NCBI GenBank assembly: GCA_964016885.1
Contig: OZ024742.1
Location: 66,836,001-66,900,000 of the forward strand
Direction: 5' to 3'
Source: Eledone cirrhosa
Taxonomy: Eukaryota
Length of the DNA stretch: 64,000 nucleotides
Position 1 is the stretch's first letter. Every line of letters begins with the position of its first letter. The translations under genes were made by a program, and so were the position numbers. Under the pieces are notes generated by a model. It was given only the letters and a program-made list of their open reading frames with translations, searched no databases and had not been told where the DNA came from. This document shows, piece by piece, positions 1-15,960 of the stretch.

Positions 1-1438
1 ACCATATTTATTTCATTATATATATTTCAGGGATAGCATATTAACAATATGCTATGCCTTCCTCAGACAAAATACAATATAAACAGTTTTATAGATAAAT
101 AGATTCGACATACCGTAACAAACATCGACTTGTATTTGAAAAGGTTGATTTGGTAGTGAAAAAATTGTACACAGAGAGAAAGAAAGAAAAAAGGAAAGAA
201 AGACAGAAAACGAAGAAAAAGAAAAAAAAGAAGAAATGCATGGAACAAAATAGAGAGATGGAAAGATAGATAAAGAGAAGAACTTCATGTAAAGAAACAG
301 AAAAAGATATATATATATATAGAGAGAGAGAGGAAATAGAGATAGATACATATATATAGAAAACTAGGTAGTGGGACGTCTGTTGAATAACGCATCAATG
401 ATACATTTATTTATTTATTTATTTATTTAGCTCTAGTATTAATGTAAGGGAGATATATGGAGAGAAACCAGCTGTTATATATAGAGAGAAAAAAATATAT
501 AGAGAGAAAAAAATATAGAGAGAGAAAAAAAATAACCAGACACAGGCGAGGCGTAAAAACCTCTGTTTTAATGTAGAGGTATTAGTATTTACAAAACCAG
601 CCACTACATTGTAAATATCAGTATTCCTGAATGAGACATGTATCCACAATGTGTGAAAATTAATGATCTTATGTTTAGTTTTTTAAAAAAATTCATATGT
701 TTATGTGATAATTACAAACATCTATGTGAATCTACATGATCAACTCTGCAAACCCTAAATTCACGGAAAACATTCTCAATGTGGTATAAAAATTTAAGTA
801 TACATATATGTGTATATATATACACACAAATATATATAGAGTCAATATTACTATTTCTGTCTCTACTCTACAAGATTATCTATCAAGCAAAAATAGAGCA
901 GATTTCAATATACTAATAAAAATAAAAATATATCAGAAACAAAACTAAAAATAACAATAATAATAATAATAAGTAATAAAATAGAAAACTAAAAAATATT
1001 ACGAAAGAATATTACATATTAAAAATATTAAAAATAAAAATAAAAGTATTAGGAAATACTACAATAATAAAAATAAAATAAACCACAAAGATCAACCCTT
1101 CAAAATTAATTGACAATATATTGCCAAGTTCATTATAAACATCAGAGTCGAAAAACAGATAAAGCCAAAAATTATCTATCAAATCGCATCTAGCAAAGAT
1201 CATTTCAAAAAGTTTAGGATGCCCAATTTGGTCTACATGTGTTCTTATATTTAATATAGAAGTTTATCTAGCGTAACGTTTATTCGAAATATTTGGAGCA
1301 TCAACTTTTAGGGTAGCTTAATTTTTCATGAAGAATGTTTAAATAAAAATAAAAATAAAATAAAAATAAAAAGAATAAAAAGAGAATCAAAGATTTATCG
1401 GCTAGTTTCCCATATAATTATAAATCAAACTAAATATA

Positions 1439-2010
1439 CTACATTTTAAATTTAAATTTATATTTAAACGTTGAGTTTAATCTATGTTTGCAACAACTGA
1501 ATAAATTTGTCCGTAGATTAAGGGAATTTTTAGATTTTAGTATAAAGAATATCTCCTCTGCGCAGAGGTCACATGTCTCAGAGGATGAATTAAAAGGAAT
1601 CCCTCTTGAGACTATATTCCAAGCCGTCGAATATCTAACGTTATCTAGCTTAAGTTGCCATAGTACGCCTGATAGTGCCGTTGAAGATTTTTTGCTTGGA
1701 TCAGTGAAAGAATTCTTGTGGTTATTATAGCGAAGTTTAAATTCCGTCGATGTGGAACCGACGTAGTTAAAAGAATTAGAGTCAGTATTAACATTACAAT
1801 TGTATACTATATTTTTAACTAAGCAGTTGTTATTTAACGGACATTTAGATCTATCTCTACAGTTACATTTGTTAACTTGTATATTATTTATGCTATTATC
1901 ACTAGGTTTTAAGTTCCTATTATTTATTCTATTGATATTTTGTGCTAAATTTTTGGTGGATGAGTAGGTTAATTTTATTGTATGTCTATTGAAAATTGAG
2001 TGATATCTAT
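1439..2010 (-). pseudogene. PLE linker + GIY-YIG endonuclease (Hydra-clade-like), one frameshift; missed by the ORF track
   Basis: Manual translation: RYHSIFNRHTIKLTYSSTKNL / VNKCNCRDRSKCPLNNNCLVKNIVYNCNV..NYVGSTSTEFKLRYNNHKNSF..STALSGVLWQLK..WNIV..CDLCAEEIFFI..LNLRTNLFSCCKH, stop TAG at 1439-1441. Confidence 0.9.
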
Positions 2011-2147
2011 GTTTTCTGTCTTTCTTTCCTTTTTTCTTTCTTTCTCTCTGTGTACAATTTTTTCACTACCAAATCAACCTTTTCAAATACAAGTCGATGT
2101 TTGTTACGGTATGTCGAATCTATTTATCTATAAAACTGTTTATATTG

Positions 2148-2213
2148 TATTTTGTCTGAGGAAGGCATAGCATATTGTTAATATGCTATCCCTGAAATAT
2201 ATATAATGAAATA
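2148..2213 (+). ncRNA. Minimal type-I hammerhead ribozyme (mirror copy 9-74 on minus)
   Basis: tattttgt-CTGAGGA-agg catagcata..tatgctat ccct-GAAA-tatata-TA-atgaaata: canonical core, stems I and II, palindromic stem III, AUA site. Confidence 0.8.
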
Positions 2214-2340
2214 AATATGGTTTTATAAATATAGTTTCCATTTATTTAATATTGTAAATATACTCCAAATATTTGTCGAGTGCTTTTATATCAGTTATAA
2301 ATATTTACTAGTTGTAACCCAACAATTTAAATATAACTTT

Positions 2341-2449
<109 letters not shown>

Positions 2450-2583
2450 TGTAAAATCCGGACCGCGTCGCCAAACGAAGCCGTTTGACACCGCAGTCGT
2501 TATTTTACACCCGCCCATATCGAGTACTCACATGATTAGTGGTCTCCTCGGCCTCAGCACTGCAGATTCTATTTATATGTATG

Positions 2584-2641
<58 letters not shown>

Positions 2642-2680
2642 TTTTTTTATTAAATAGAGGTGTGACACACGAGTTGTGAT

Positions 2681-3045
2681 ATATTAGTAAAAAGGAAAAG
2701 AAAATGCTGACAAATGTTTCCCAGTGAAAAATAGTTTAATTAGGAATAAGTATAAATTAGTAATAAGTATTAGTTAGTATTGAGTTTTAGTTTTAAGTTT
2801 TTACCGGTTGCGCATTTCTTATGTTATTCAAAAATAATTTTGAGATAGAGTGCTCGTGATGCAAAAATCACGAGCACTCTATCTTAAAATTATTTTTGAA
2901 AGGCGTAAAAAATGCGCAACCGGTAAAAACTTAAAACTAAAACTCAATACTAACTAATACTTATTACTAATTTATACTTATTCCTAATTAAACTATTTTT
3001 CACTGGGAAACATTTGTCAGCATTTTCTTTTCCTTTTTACTCATA
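2681..3045. mobile_element. Fold-back palindrome of PLE pseudo-LTR sequence (about 180-bp arms, loop gcaaaa 2861-2866)
   Basis: Arms are near-perfect reverse complements and lie between TA/T tracts. The same sequence occurs non-palindromically at 8182-8358. Confidence 0.85.
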
Positions 3046-3060
3046 TATATATATATATAT

Positions 3061-3124
3061 TTCAGAAGATCCTGCTAAGGGTGAAAGCAGAGATTATTTG
3101 CTTAAACTTTAATCTGTTATTTTA

Positions 3125-3130
<6 letters not shown>
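3061..3130 (+). ncRNA. HHR-like motif with CAGAAGA core (5'-truncated pseudo-LTR fragment)
   Basis: tt-CAGAAGA-tcct gctaa gggt-GAAA-gca..tgc-TT-aaact; homologous to 26111-26160(-) and 59943-59993(+). Confidence 0.55.
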
Positions 3131-3162
<32 letters not shown>

Positions 3163-3369
3163 TTATATACGTGTATGAGTATTTTGATTGTATATATCTC
3201 GTTAGGTAAGCATGCGTGTCTGTGTGTTTGTACGTACAGCAGGGTACACACACACGATTATATACATAGGTATATGTGCGTAGTACCTGAGATTGGTATG
3301 GAAATTTAGTTGATTCTTAATTGAAGTCTTACTAGAAGAGAATATACACACAATAATTCATTTAGGTTT

Positions 3370-3870
3370 GACACACAGATGATCCAACTCCTGGTGCCGA
3401 CAGTAATCCCTCAGATAAACACATTGATTTAAAATACGGACCAGACAAATCCATGTGGTGTATTACTGAACCAAACGGAAATATAAGAACTAAATAACTA
3501 AGAGAAACATAATCTCAAAATCACGAAGTCGATTTTAATTCAACAAGTTAAATAAAAAGTGGGAAGAACAAATTGAGTTGAGAAAGAAATCCTACAATTC
3601 TAGGAAAATAAAAGGGATTGATGAACGAAACCTTTATATATAATTAAATAACCGAACAACTAGTCCTCAGCACAGGTAAAGAAAGATTAGAAATATTTTG
3701 AATGTATATATGGGAAGCATAACAACATGAAATAAATGAAATAAAACATGCATCTAAAAGACAAACATCATCATATGGGGGATGTAATGGTAAGCCAATG
3801 ACGGAAAAGCATTTAGAATCACCTACAATACGCACTTCCAAAATATTTGGCGCTCATCTAAGTATTTGTG
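3370..3870 (+). mobile_element. Highly decayed non-LTR retrotransposon RT remnant (possibly R4/Dong type)
   Basis: Only weak motif resemblance (TDD...DLKYGPDKS, cf. YMDD...MxFGxDKC); many stops. Confidence 0.25.
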
Positions 3871-4308
3871 GATAGAATTAGAAACTGTATGAATCAAATA
3901 AGTTGTAAATGTATTAACACGAACCCATTTAGAGTAACATATTTTCTTTAGTCCCTAAATACATAATTACGTATTTTGCTTTATATTTTACTAGCTCCAG
4001 CTTTGGGTGAGATCACCTCTTTCTGTTATTCCACTTCTTATCAGCAGCCATGATATTATTCTGTAATACAGCTAGACAATGTTAACCTTGTTTTCTTGTC
4101 TATTAACAAACTGACTGAACTCAATTAAATTTTCTGGCCAACTCATTCAGGAATGGAGGCAAAGGTAAGAGACCTCAAACCAATAGGATCTCGGCCAAAC
4201 AAATGTTGCCAGAAAATTAAAGGAAAAAAATGAAAAACAAATCTAATAAATAAATAAATAAATATATAGTATATATACATACATACACACACACACACAT
4301 ATATATAC

Positions 4309-4350
<42 letters not shown>

Positions 4351-4999
4351 TGTATATATGTAAATATATATATATATATATATATAATATATATAAGAAA
4401 CTAAATGAACAGCAAAAATCAATCTAATTCCACCATATTGGTGAGAGTTGAAAGAGCAACATGGCTTTGCAGATTAGTGATTAAGAACAACATATATCAG
4501 ACAAACGCTATTTTCGTTCGTTATTTCATTGTGATGTCCGTTACGCGTAAAAAATGAGAAGTAAAAATAAAAATAGAAATGAATTGTTAACAAAACACGA
4601 AAAGTAATTTGTGAGACTACAACGAGTTTCTTTCTAGATTTAATTTGGTAATTATTCGTTACAGGTCAAATGGCAAACACCGTAGAGTAAAACAAATACA
4701 GAATAATTTGGCTATTGAAGTGCTCAAGAAGATTACACTATTTACTTGAGAAATATAATTAACTTCTATCTAGTTATAGACGGAGCAGGTAGAATTGATG
4801 GAGAATCTCATTAACAATAACGGGGTAACTGGTATGTACTCTACCTCTAGCAAGGCAATGCGAATTATGAATAATACATTTACATGCCATTATACATATC
4901 CTTCAAATGACAGTTAGTAAATGTCCCGACATGAAGTGACAGGCATGCATCTGACTCTTTCATACTCCTCTCTCTTTCTGTATATACATACATCCATAC

Positions 5000-5078
<79 letters not shown>

Positions 5079-5364
5079 CAAATAGTGAAAACAATGAAAT
5101 TAAACAAAAACCGGTTAATTCATAGTAAATCTCATTATTTTAAGATCGTTTCTGGGGGGGGGGGTAGTTCCCCGTATATCCATTCTATTATTGATCTATG
5201 TAAAATATATTACATTGTTTTCATTATTTGTATTTTTGACTCTGCATCCAATGAATTATATCGTTGAAATTTTGTATTTTAAACTTTGCTTCACGACATC
5301 TACATACGGATTACATTCAGTTCTTCATACGGCTTAGAACCTACCATTAATTGGTGGATTTATC

Positions 5365-5414
<50 letters not shown>

Positions 5415-5563
5415 ATATAGAAATATCTTCTATAGGACGAGAACTGTTTCATTCGAAGGAAATGTATTAAGAACCTTACTGTGGTTATCCCCGATTGAAC
5501 TCGGGATATACACACACACACACACACACACACAGACACACACAGACACACACACACACACAG

Positions 5564-5661
<98 letters not shown>

Positions 5662-5720
5662 GTAGAAGGTAATATCCGTAGTGGTAGAGAACTCAGTCCA
5701 TGGGACGAGTTAGGTAGAAG

Positions 5721-7379
<1,659 letters not shown>

Positions 7380-7399
7380 ATATGTATATATGTGTGTAT

Positions 7400-8160
7400 A
7401 GTGGTAGCTATGGGGCTTCCGTAGGCGGTATGCCAAAATTAGCACTCGATAATCATCAACGTAGAGTGTAGATGTTATAAAGAAAACGAAAAATCAGTGA
7501 TGCATCTGGACTTAGTTTCTTTCGTATAACAAATATTTCGCCGGCATGTAGCTCGAGTCATGGTCCCTGTATGGATCTGGCTGATTCTACTTCTGCGGGT
7601 TCTTTCAGACACGGGTGTTATGTCCGGAGCAAATTTTATCACTGGTGTGTTATCATCAAAACAACACCCTCAAAAAACCCTCTTTCCACTCCTGTCATGA
7701 CATTGGCTGATTTTACTCCACGTCATCACAAGTTCTGGTCAGTATCTGCTGCCACACGGTTCATCAACCATTTTCCGTCCGACACATTTCAATGGAGTCA
7801 TGCTGGGTTCAGTATTTCACACGTCTGCTCACACTTCAGAGTAAGCACCCACACATACTAGAATAAACACATAGTAACACACACACATTCAGACACATAA
7901 CTATCTATGCATTCACACTCATACGTCTACATGCGCAAACACCCACACGGCCACATACATAAATCGCAGTATATATACTCACACACCCTCTCTCCCTCAC
8001 TCCCATGAACCCAGTCACACACAATTGTTGATACATACCACCACGAGCCTTCTGACTCTGCTGTATCAATTGGGTAAAGATGTCCTATTCAAACGTACAC
8101 ATATATACATACAATTGCGCGAACGCACACACATACGGCCAACCTTCCATACATTTAAAT
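7400..8160 (-). mobile_element. PLE 3'-end / pseudo-LTR fragment with extended HHR (7523-7613); same family as 42712-44763
   Basis: Colinear similarity to 42712-43450; (TA)n on both sides; core CTGAAAGA ... GAAA on minus. Confidence 0.75.
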
Positions 8161-8181
8161 ATATATATATATATCTATATA

Positions 8182-8589
8182 ATGGTAAAAGGAAAAGAAA
8201 ATGCTGAGAAATTGTTCCCAGTAAAAAATAGTTTAATTAGGAATAAGTGAAAATTAGTAATACGTATTGGTTAGTGTTCAGTTTTGGTTTTAAGTTTTTA
8301 CCGGTTGCGCATTTCAAATGCTTTTCAAAAATAATTTTGAGATAGAGCGCCCGTGATGTTTGCTCTAATCTGATTAGTTTTGGAAATTCTACGTGTTTTA
8401 TGTGAAAAAAGTCGCTTCAGATGTATTAAAATAAGTTTCGCGCCAATTCGTGTTGCAAAATTTCTTGTGGTCAAAACAATTTTGATTGGTCGGTAGAGGT
8501 CATGTGAATGTTAAAAATTGATTTTGCGCCAAATGTAGGTTTGTCTCGGCTGATTGAGAAGTCACTGAAAAATAAGTCTTTTAAGACAA

Positions 8590-8590
<1 letters not shown>
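8182..8590 (-). mobile_element. PLE pseudo-LTR with variant HHR (8295-8332) and upstream TTTCGCGC / ATTGG motifs
   Basis: Minus strand ttt-TTGAAAA-gcatt tga aatgc-GCAA-ccgg-TA-aaa; homologous to the 2681-3045 arms and more distantly to 32660-32930. Confidence 0.7.
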
Positions 8591-8638
<48 letters not shown>

Positions 8639-8889
8639 TGTGTGTAGTAGTAGTAGTGGTAAAGAGGTTCATTGTTGTGATAATGGTCAGTAGGGATGTG
8701 TGTGTGAATTGCAGTCATGTTGACAGGTCAACAGTTCAGGTGCCTATTAAGACAAGTGTGTGTGTGTGTGTGTGTGTGTAGCAGAGTCATTTGTGGTAGA
8801 TGGATCGGTCAGTCTGAATGTGTCTGTACGTGTGTGGGGGATATTTTAACATGTTAAAAGATATTTTTCAGCTCTTGTCATATACGGAG

Positions 8890-8930
<41 letters not shown>

Positions 8931-9473
8931 TATATGCCTCTTTGTATGTTAGTGTACGCGTGTGTATGTGTGTGTGTATATATATGTGTATGTGTGTGTA
9001 TATGTGTGTATGTGTGTGTGTGTGTAGGTGGACCAGTATTTTTGTGATACCGGTAAAAATGGTGTACATTATTCGATATTTTCAGTAAAAACGATTCTCT
9101 CAATAGAACATCAAAAACCTTAATAATAAAAGGTCTGAAATGATATATAGTATTGTCATAACACCAAGGTGTGTGTGAGTGTCCAGATTGTACGTACTGC
9201 AAGGGGAATCCATTAGGCCCTGCCGTATTGGAATACTTGTGTACAAATATGTATGTGCCCATCAGTATGCATTGCATGTGTGTATATGTATGTGTGTGTC
9301 GGCACGTTTATAACTATAGACAGCAAAAGGTATGCAAATGTGTGTATATTTGTGTTGCAACATAGAACATGTGTGTTTACGTATGTCATTGTGTTTATAT
9401 GTGGATAGAGATGTATGTAGGTTGTATGCTGATGTAGATATGTATGTTGACGTGTGTATGTTGTGGGTTCGTC

Positions 9474-9765
9474 TTAGGAAGAAGTGTTTAGACGAAGTCC
9501 GCATTTGTTAATAAAGTGAGATTCCTTGCTGATGCGCTGGGTGTGGGTGGCATCATCTTTAAATTTGTAGGCGGGAAAGATTCTGAAGTTGGGATAATTT
9601 TGGGCGGCACAGGTATCAATGTATTCACTCAGTGGTATTTTCCTGTATTCCCGTATTTTAATTTGGGATCTATGGACAGTCATGCGTTGGCGGAGGCTGT
9701 TTTTGGTCTCGCCTATGTATTGTTCTCGACAGCCTGAGCAAGTTAATACATATATTAGATTTTCT
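9474..9765 (-). pseudogene. Neptune-like PLE GIY-YIG endonuclease fragment
   Basis: NLIYVLTCSGCREQYIGETKNSLRQRMTVHRSQI..LSEYIDTCA..FRIFP..RISKESHFI; similar to the EN at 30874-31389. Confidence 0.9.
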
Positions 9766-9891
9766 GATGCATATATATATACACACGTTCATACACACGT
9801 ATATATACATACACACATACATTCACATACATACATATATACATACATACGCACATGTGTATACACACATACATATACACACTTAGGATTC

Positions 9892-9952
9892 TTTCATTCT
9901 GATGAATGAAAGCAAATATCGTTTGCTTTCAAGAAACCACTGGTAAATGAAA
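9892..9952 (+). ncRNA. Canonical minimal type-I hammerhead ribozyme
   Basis: tttcatt-CTGATGA-a tgaaagcaaa tatcg tttgctttca a-GAAA-c cactg g-TA-aatgaaa: perfect 7-bp stem I, 10-bp stem II, GUA site. Confidence 0.9.
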
Positions 9953-10114
9953 TAATTATCTTATGTTATTCATTACATAACTATATGTATATATATATAT
10001 ACATATATATACACACATACATACATACACGCACATATATACACAAACTTAAACTCACACATCTCACACACACACATACGAACACATACGTACATAAACA
10101 TTGCCTACACACGT

Positions 10115-10192
<78 letters not shown>

Positions 10193-10433
10193 TTAGATAT
10201 GTATATATATATATACATACAAAAGGAAAAGGGACAACTTAACATGCATACGCACATACACACATATACATACAAATACCCACGCATAGGACGAACTACA
10301 TACATCTACACATGCGTACGCATACATGTTGCCGCATGGATACACCAGCACGCATGCACATCTGCCTACACACACGGAAGTGCCACCACATATACATGTA
10401 CATATATAAACACTCCTGTAAGTGAACAGTTGA

Positions 10434-10493
<60 letters not shown>

Positions 10494-11203
10494 GTACAGA
10501 TTAAAATTTAAGAAAAGAATTTGTGCTCACACCCTATTAGGGTGAAAGTAGAATTTTTTTTATTAAACTTTAATCTGCCACTGTTTATTTGATAAAGTGG
10601 ATATGACGTTGGCGTTGTTTAAAACACACACATACACTGACACAGACTGATACCCAAACACACATACATATATATACACACACACATATATATTTATGTA
10701 TATACCACACATACACATGCGCACACGTCGGCGAAACCATCTTTTTGTGTATATGGGCGTAGGTAAGAATTTGAGTGAATAGGTTCGACTACCCTTGTGC
10801 GTATATAAACATATTTACATGTGCATATTTGTCTGTGTGTATGTTTATTCGTATTCGTCTCTGTGTTTGCGTGATTGTGCCCTTGCTTATTCGTGTGTGT
10901 GTGTGCGTTTGTTCATATGGGTGTGTGAAAATCGCCGTTGTCCTCGTTTTTGACGCAACTAAAAATTGAAAACATGTGCTTAGTTTTTGACGACGTATAC
11001 TCTCTTTACAGTAAAAAAACAAACATATATTATTAGCAATATATTTTTGAATTATGACAGGAATAAGTACATGTATAAAGAAAAACGTACATAATAATGC
11101 ACACACACACACACACACACATACACACACACACATATATATATATATGTATGTATGTATGTAAAAGGTAAATAGAAATAACAACACAATGGTACAGTAA
11201 ATG

Positions 11204-11234
<31 letters not shown>

Positions 11235-11375
11235 CATACACACAGACACACACACACACACACACATACACACACACGCACACACAGACACGCATGTATA
11301 TAACTATATATATAAATATATATATACATATATATATAAATATAAATATCTATCTATCTATCTATCTCTCTCTCC

Positions 11376-11418
<43 letters not shown>

Positions 11419-11949
11419 GACACACGCTCATGTATGATATATATCTGATATACATTCGTGTGTTTGTATTTATAAGACATGCTGCTCACGTTTGCACTAA
11501 CTTAAGTATATGTCGAAACTTTGAAATACCTACATATATAGATGTATCGATTAAAGCGCACATTTCAATCTGTGGTCTTATCAACTTGATTAATCACATG
11601 AACTTTAAAATTCATATGAATTGTTCAAAGGGAACTGTCGTCTTAATCAGCAACCAAAACATATATCTTCAAAGACAGGGTTGTCGGGTTCAATACTTAG
11701 ATGCAACAAATAAATCATCGCAACATAATGTGTACACGATTTTCCATTGTGATTAAGTATATATATAAAAATGTATGTCTGAGGAAATATTCACAATGTT
11801 TTGAAGTGCAAACATGTGCAGATTTGATTCGATTGATAGCCTGTCAGTGTATACAAGCAATGTTTGATAGGCAAAACTGTACGACTTGAAAACTATTTAT
11901 TTCTGCTAAAAATTTAAATAGGTATATATATATATATATACCTATTTAA

Positions 11950-11989
<40 letters not shown>

Positions 11990-12504
11990 ATTTAAATGTA
12001 TATATGTATAATATATATATATATATATATACCTTTACTTATAAATATCCATATGCGTGGGGGGTGGGGGGTATGCGTGTGTGTATGGGTGAGTGGGTTT
12101 GTGATATCCATTTCTTCTCCGGAGACATATTAATTAAATATTTTGTTTGTTCAACCTTCAACTCTGTCTTGTTCGGCCGTTAGCCGGTGCCAACAATTTC
12201 TGAATCTTATACTAATTAAAGTATTTCAAGAATGAAACATTGAGCACAATGGGGACATGAACACATGATAGCCTTGGACAAGCGAACACCAATTCTCGCT
12301 TTATCAAACACCACGTGTCGCTTAGGTAACTGGCTTTCCTAAGCGCTGCCAGGTTTAACGTTGAAATCAAACGTATAGTCTGTCGGTGCTGCGTGAAAAT
12401 ACGTAACTCTCGGTCATAAAACCCTTTTAAAAGTATTAATTACCATAAAAGCAGTTACTAATTCACATATATTCTTATGTTATTTCGGTAGTTGTTTTTA
12501 ATAT

Positions 12505-12738
12505 AGAAGGTGTTTCAACAAATTTGATATTAATGGCCTGTTCCCAAAGTTGTCACATTGAAATATATATTGTGAATTAATGTTATAACGTGGACATGTT
12601 TTGAGCAATAAATCTTGTGTTACTCAACACGGAGCTGGCTTAGTCTTGTTGTCCTAGACCTTGTAGTTTCTGTGATATGTACATCTCAAATGATATTAAA
12701 ATCTCAAATGATATTACATTTTTTGAAGCACCCGGTAT
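12505..12738. mobile_element. Possible Tc1/mariner-type MITE remnant
   Basis: Imperfect inverted ends tagaaggtgtttcaacaaa / ttttttgaagcacccggta with TA outside. Confidence 0.35.
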
Positions 12739-13290
12739 ATTAAATGGGTCACAAAAATCTTACAGTATTCTCAAAATGTGGAAGCTTGTGTCAACATTCA
12801 TTAACCTAGCATCTTAGGCACTCTGATAATATTCGTACGATATGGGCTTCGGTTTCTCACAGGTGCCAGTCTCCACTTTTTCTGATGTAATCTATTATGT
12901 ATAATAAACGAATATGTTATGACCATGTTAGACGATTAGGACATTTTCAAACTCTCCTAAAGTTTCGTATATCATAAAGTCTGCTTACTGTTAAGTACAA
13001 AGCTTTTAGTATTCTAAAAAGCCGCAACAAAAGTTTGGCATGTACTTTATCTAGTGGCTAACGCGCTTGATGTTTGGAGATATGAGTAGTTCGATTAATA
13101 GTAGGTGCTCCGGTTCACTTTTACTGATCCTAAGAAATTATTTTGCCCGATTCCCCCTACTATATTTTTATAGTTATTGACTGCTGGCCTTTTATATTTT
13201 CTGCAAACAAACACACATATATAACGAGTATTTTATATATAACACATATATAACAGTATTCCTTTGACTTCATAATTCTATCCACTAAAC

Positions 13291-13470
13291 ATTGGCAGTA
13301 TCGTTAGAGGGTCAGACGCCATGCATTCTAGCATAGTTATGTCCCTTTATGATTTGAGTTCAAATCCCGCCCAGGTTACCGTTGCCTTTCATCATTACGG
13401 TGTCGATAAAATAAAGTACCAGTAATGTACTTGGTAATTGCTGGCCTTGTGCCAAAAAGTAGAAACATTT
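13291..13470 (+). mobile_element. tRNA-derived SINE (octopus-type family)
   Basis: A-box-like tggcagtatcgtt, B-box gagttcaaatccc (13356-13368), conserved body ttgcctttcatc..gtcgataaaataaagtaccagta..gctggccttgtgcc; 8 copies in the window. Confidence 0.85.
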
Positions 13471-13952
13471 TTATTAGCTAGCGGACGTAACATTTTTGTT
13501 TTGATTTCGCATTCGGGGTAGATGGGAGATATATTGTTTTGTTAGTATGATGTGCATACTAAACATATTTTTCGTTTTAAATTTGTCATTTGTCATTTAA
13601 TAAATTTACATCATTTTACACGGATCAAAACATCTCACTAGGCTTTCAGAATTGTGGTTTGCCATTCTAATTTTAAGTTAATTCACTTACTATCCCCATG
13701 TTCTTATTCCTGTGTTATATCTTTGCACGATATTAAATATGTTGTCTCTATATATTCGTTTATATGTGTGCCCTAATTTTTTTCTTAACTTGTTTGCTTC
13801 TTCCATATATGATATTATTAGGCTCTGATTCTGTTAATTATCTCATTGAATCAAAGTAAGTATAAGTTGGGCACCCTGTATGTATAGATATATCTATACG
13901 TGTATATATACGCGTGTAGAGATATGTATAATCCTTCATTTAATATATAATG

Positions 13953-14163
13953 GTTTCTGATTTAGGCACAAGGCCAGCAATTTGGGGTGTAGTGAAAAGT
14001 CGATTAAATCGACCTCAGTGCGTGACTGGTACTTTAGTTTATCGACCCCGTAATGATGAAAGCCAAAGTTAGCATCGGCGGGATTTGAACTCAGATCATA
14101 AAGGGTCGTAACTCTATGCCGTAAAGCATAGTGTCCGACCCTCTACCGATATTGCCAATCCAC
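13953..14163 (-). mobile_element. tRNA-derived SINE, long variant
   Basis: Reverse complement of the same family, with an extra gtcgattaaatcgac segment. Confidence 0.85.
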
Positions 14164-14194
14164 TCCCTTACACTCCCTTTGTTAGAGTAATAAT

Positions 14195-14360
14195 TTTTTC
14201 TACTTTTGGCACAAGGCCAGCAATTACTCAGTGCATTACTGGTACTTTATTTTATCGACCCCGTAAGAATGAAAGGCAAAGTTAACCTCGGCGGGATTTG
14301 AACTCAGAATGGCAAGGGTCGTAACTCTATGCGTCAAAGCATGGCATCCGACCCTCTACG
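14195..14360 (-). mobile_element. tRNA-derived SINE, short variant, tandem to the previous copy
   Basis: ggcacaaggccagcaat..tactggtactttattttatcgaccccg..gggatttgaactcag. Confidence 0.85.
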
Positions 14361-15059
14361 TTGCAGAATCGGGCCACTTTCTCGTAGCATGTCACCATAG
14401 TCCACTATGCTACCCGCCTGCTGGTCACTTGTCAAGTGATAGTTCTTTCATTCCAAATCTTTACTGACAGCAAATGGCTGGGAATTCCTCTCTTGAATTT
14501 TATTTCTGGACAGAGAAAATCTCCGGATGATTTAGGATTTCTCACTATATTACATTCGGAATACCATTATTTTCCTAATGAAAGTGCAGTAGGGAAATTA
14601 AAGTGAGTAGGTAAATATTTTTTTCTTAACTTGTCTGCTTTTTCCATATATGGTATTATTAGGTTCTGAATCTGTTAATTTTATTAACTATCTCATTGAA
14701 CCAAACTCAGTATGTGTTGGACACCCTGTATGTATGTATCTCTACGCGTGTAGAAATATATATACTTCTTGATTTAATCTATATATATGTGTTTGTATGT
14801 GTGTGTATGTATGATGGTAAGAATGTATATATATATATATTTGCATACATGTGTATGCGTGCGTGTATGTGTATGTGTATTTATAGATATATATTCAATT
14901 GTTCAAGAGTCCATGCAGTTTTTATGAATTTATTTACTTCAGCAGCGTCAGGAATATGAACCCACTCATAGTGTGTGTATGTTATACGTCTCCTAACTCT
15001 TTAATGTAATGTAATCCCTACTGATATGTCAAAACCGGATATTTGCCAGCTTTGTTTAG

Positions 15060-15960
15060 CGATGTGTAGTTATGGCTGGAGGGCAGCTCAATGGGCTGTA
15101 AATATCAAATAATGTTTGCGTCATGGAAGTGTTATTGATTGTACAGAAGAATTTCGTAATGCTGTGTTTACCTTGGAAAGTAAAGAACGTCGCGGATATC
15201 TTTCTGCCATTGAGGACGAGTTGGAAGGGAATACTCGCAATACTCTTCGGAAGCTTGCAGAATAGGGAGATATATGCATTGGAAACATTTAATAAAATTT
15301 GGACCGAATTTGATAGTCAAAGAAGCTTAAAAACTTTGTGGAACAGGAGCTGAAGGAAATTCAGAAAGTTTCCGCTGTGAAATCTACTCTTCACTTCTTT
15401 TGCATCACACAAAAGATGCATTTCCTGATTGCATTGTAACATGTGATGAAAAGTGAAACACATTCATCAGCCGACGTCATTCTGCAATGTGCATGTACCA
15501 ATATAAAACTTCTAAAACGACATTATGGTAAACTAACCTATGGTGTTTTTCGAGGACACACAGATTGATTAATCTACTACACCTTTGCGAATCGTGGCGA
15601 AGCAATCACAGGTAGATATTCTAACAAAATCTACCCCGATCACACATCGCACAACCGATCCTAAAGTAATTGAATGCATAGGAATACAAAACTCCCCCTC
15701 ATTCAAAATACTCAAAGGAAAATTCACCAACTGACTAGCAATTTTCAACGCTTTTTGGCACCGCTATGAATCGTGACCTTTTCGCCAACGACAGCAGCTA
15801 AACCACCTTGAATTCAGCACCTCCAGAACGTTCGAATTTCATGTAGCGGGAATACGTAAACTTGCCTATGTTGGTAAACATATATAGTTACTTATGCTAG
15901 TATATTTCAATCAATAAAGTTCATACTGGACATATTAATGTCGCTTTAAATACATTAATT
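15060..15960 (+). mobile_element. Heavily decayed mariner transposase remnant
   Basis: FPDCIVTCDEK* at 15421 (cf. RIVTCDEKW) and PHSKYSKENSPTD*QF near 15697 (cf. HPPYSPDLSPTDYH). Confidence 0.7.

Larger units (their letters stand above)
13775..14785 (+). repeat. Diverged ~170-bp direct repeats (13775-13948 and 14617-14785) bracketing two SINEs
   Basis: Shared ttttttcttaacttgt..tattattagg..ctgttaatt..atctcattgaa..caccctgtatgta..tacgcgtgtaga. Confidence 0.7.

Noticed and set aside
13291-13370. tRNA gene
   Set aside because: A/B boxes belong to a SINE head; no cloverleaf.
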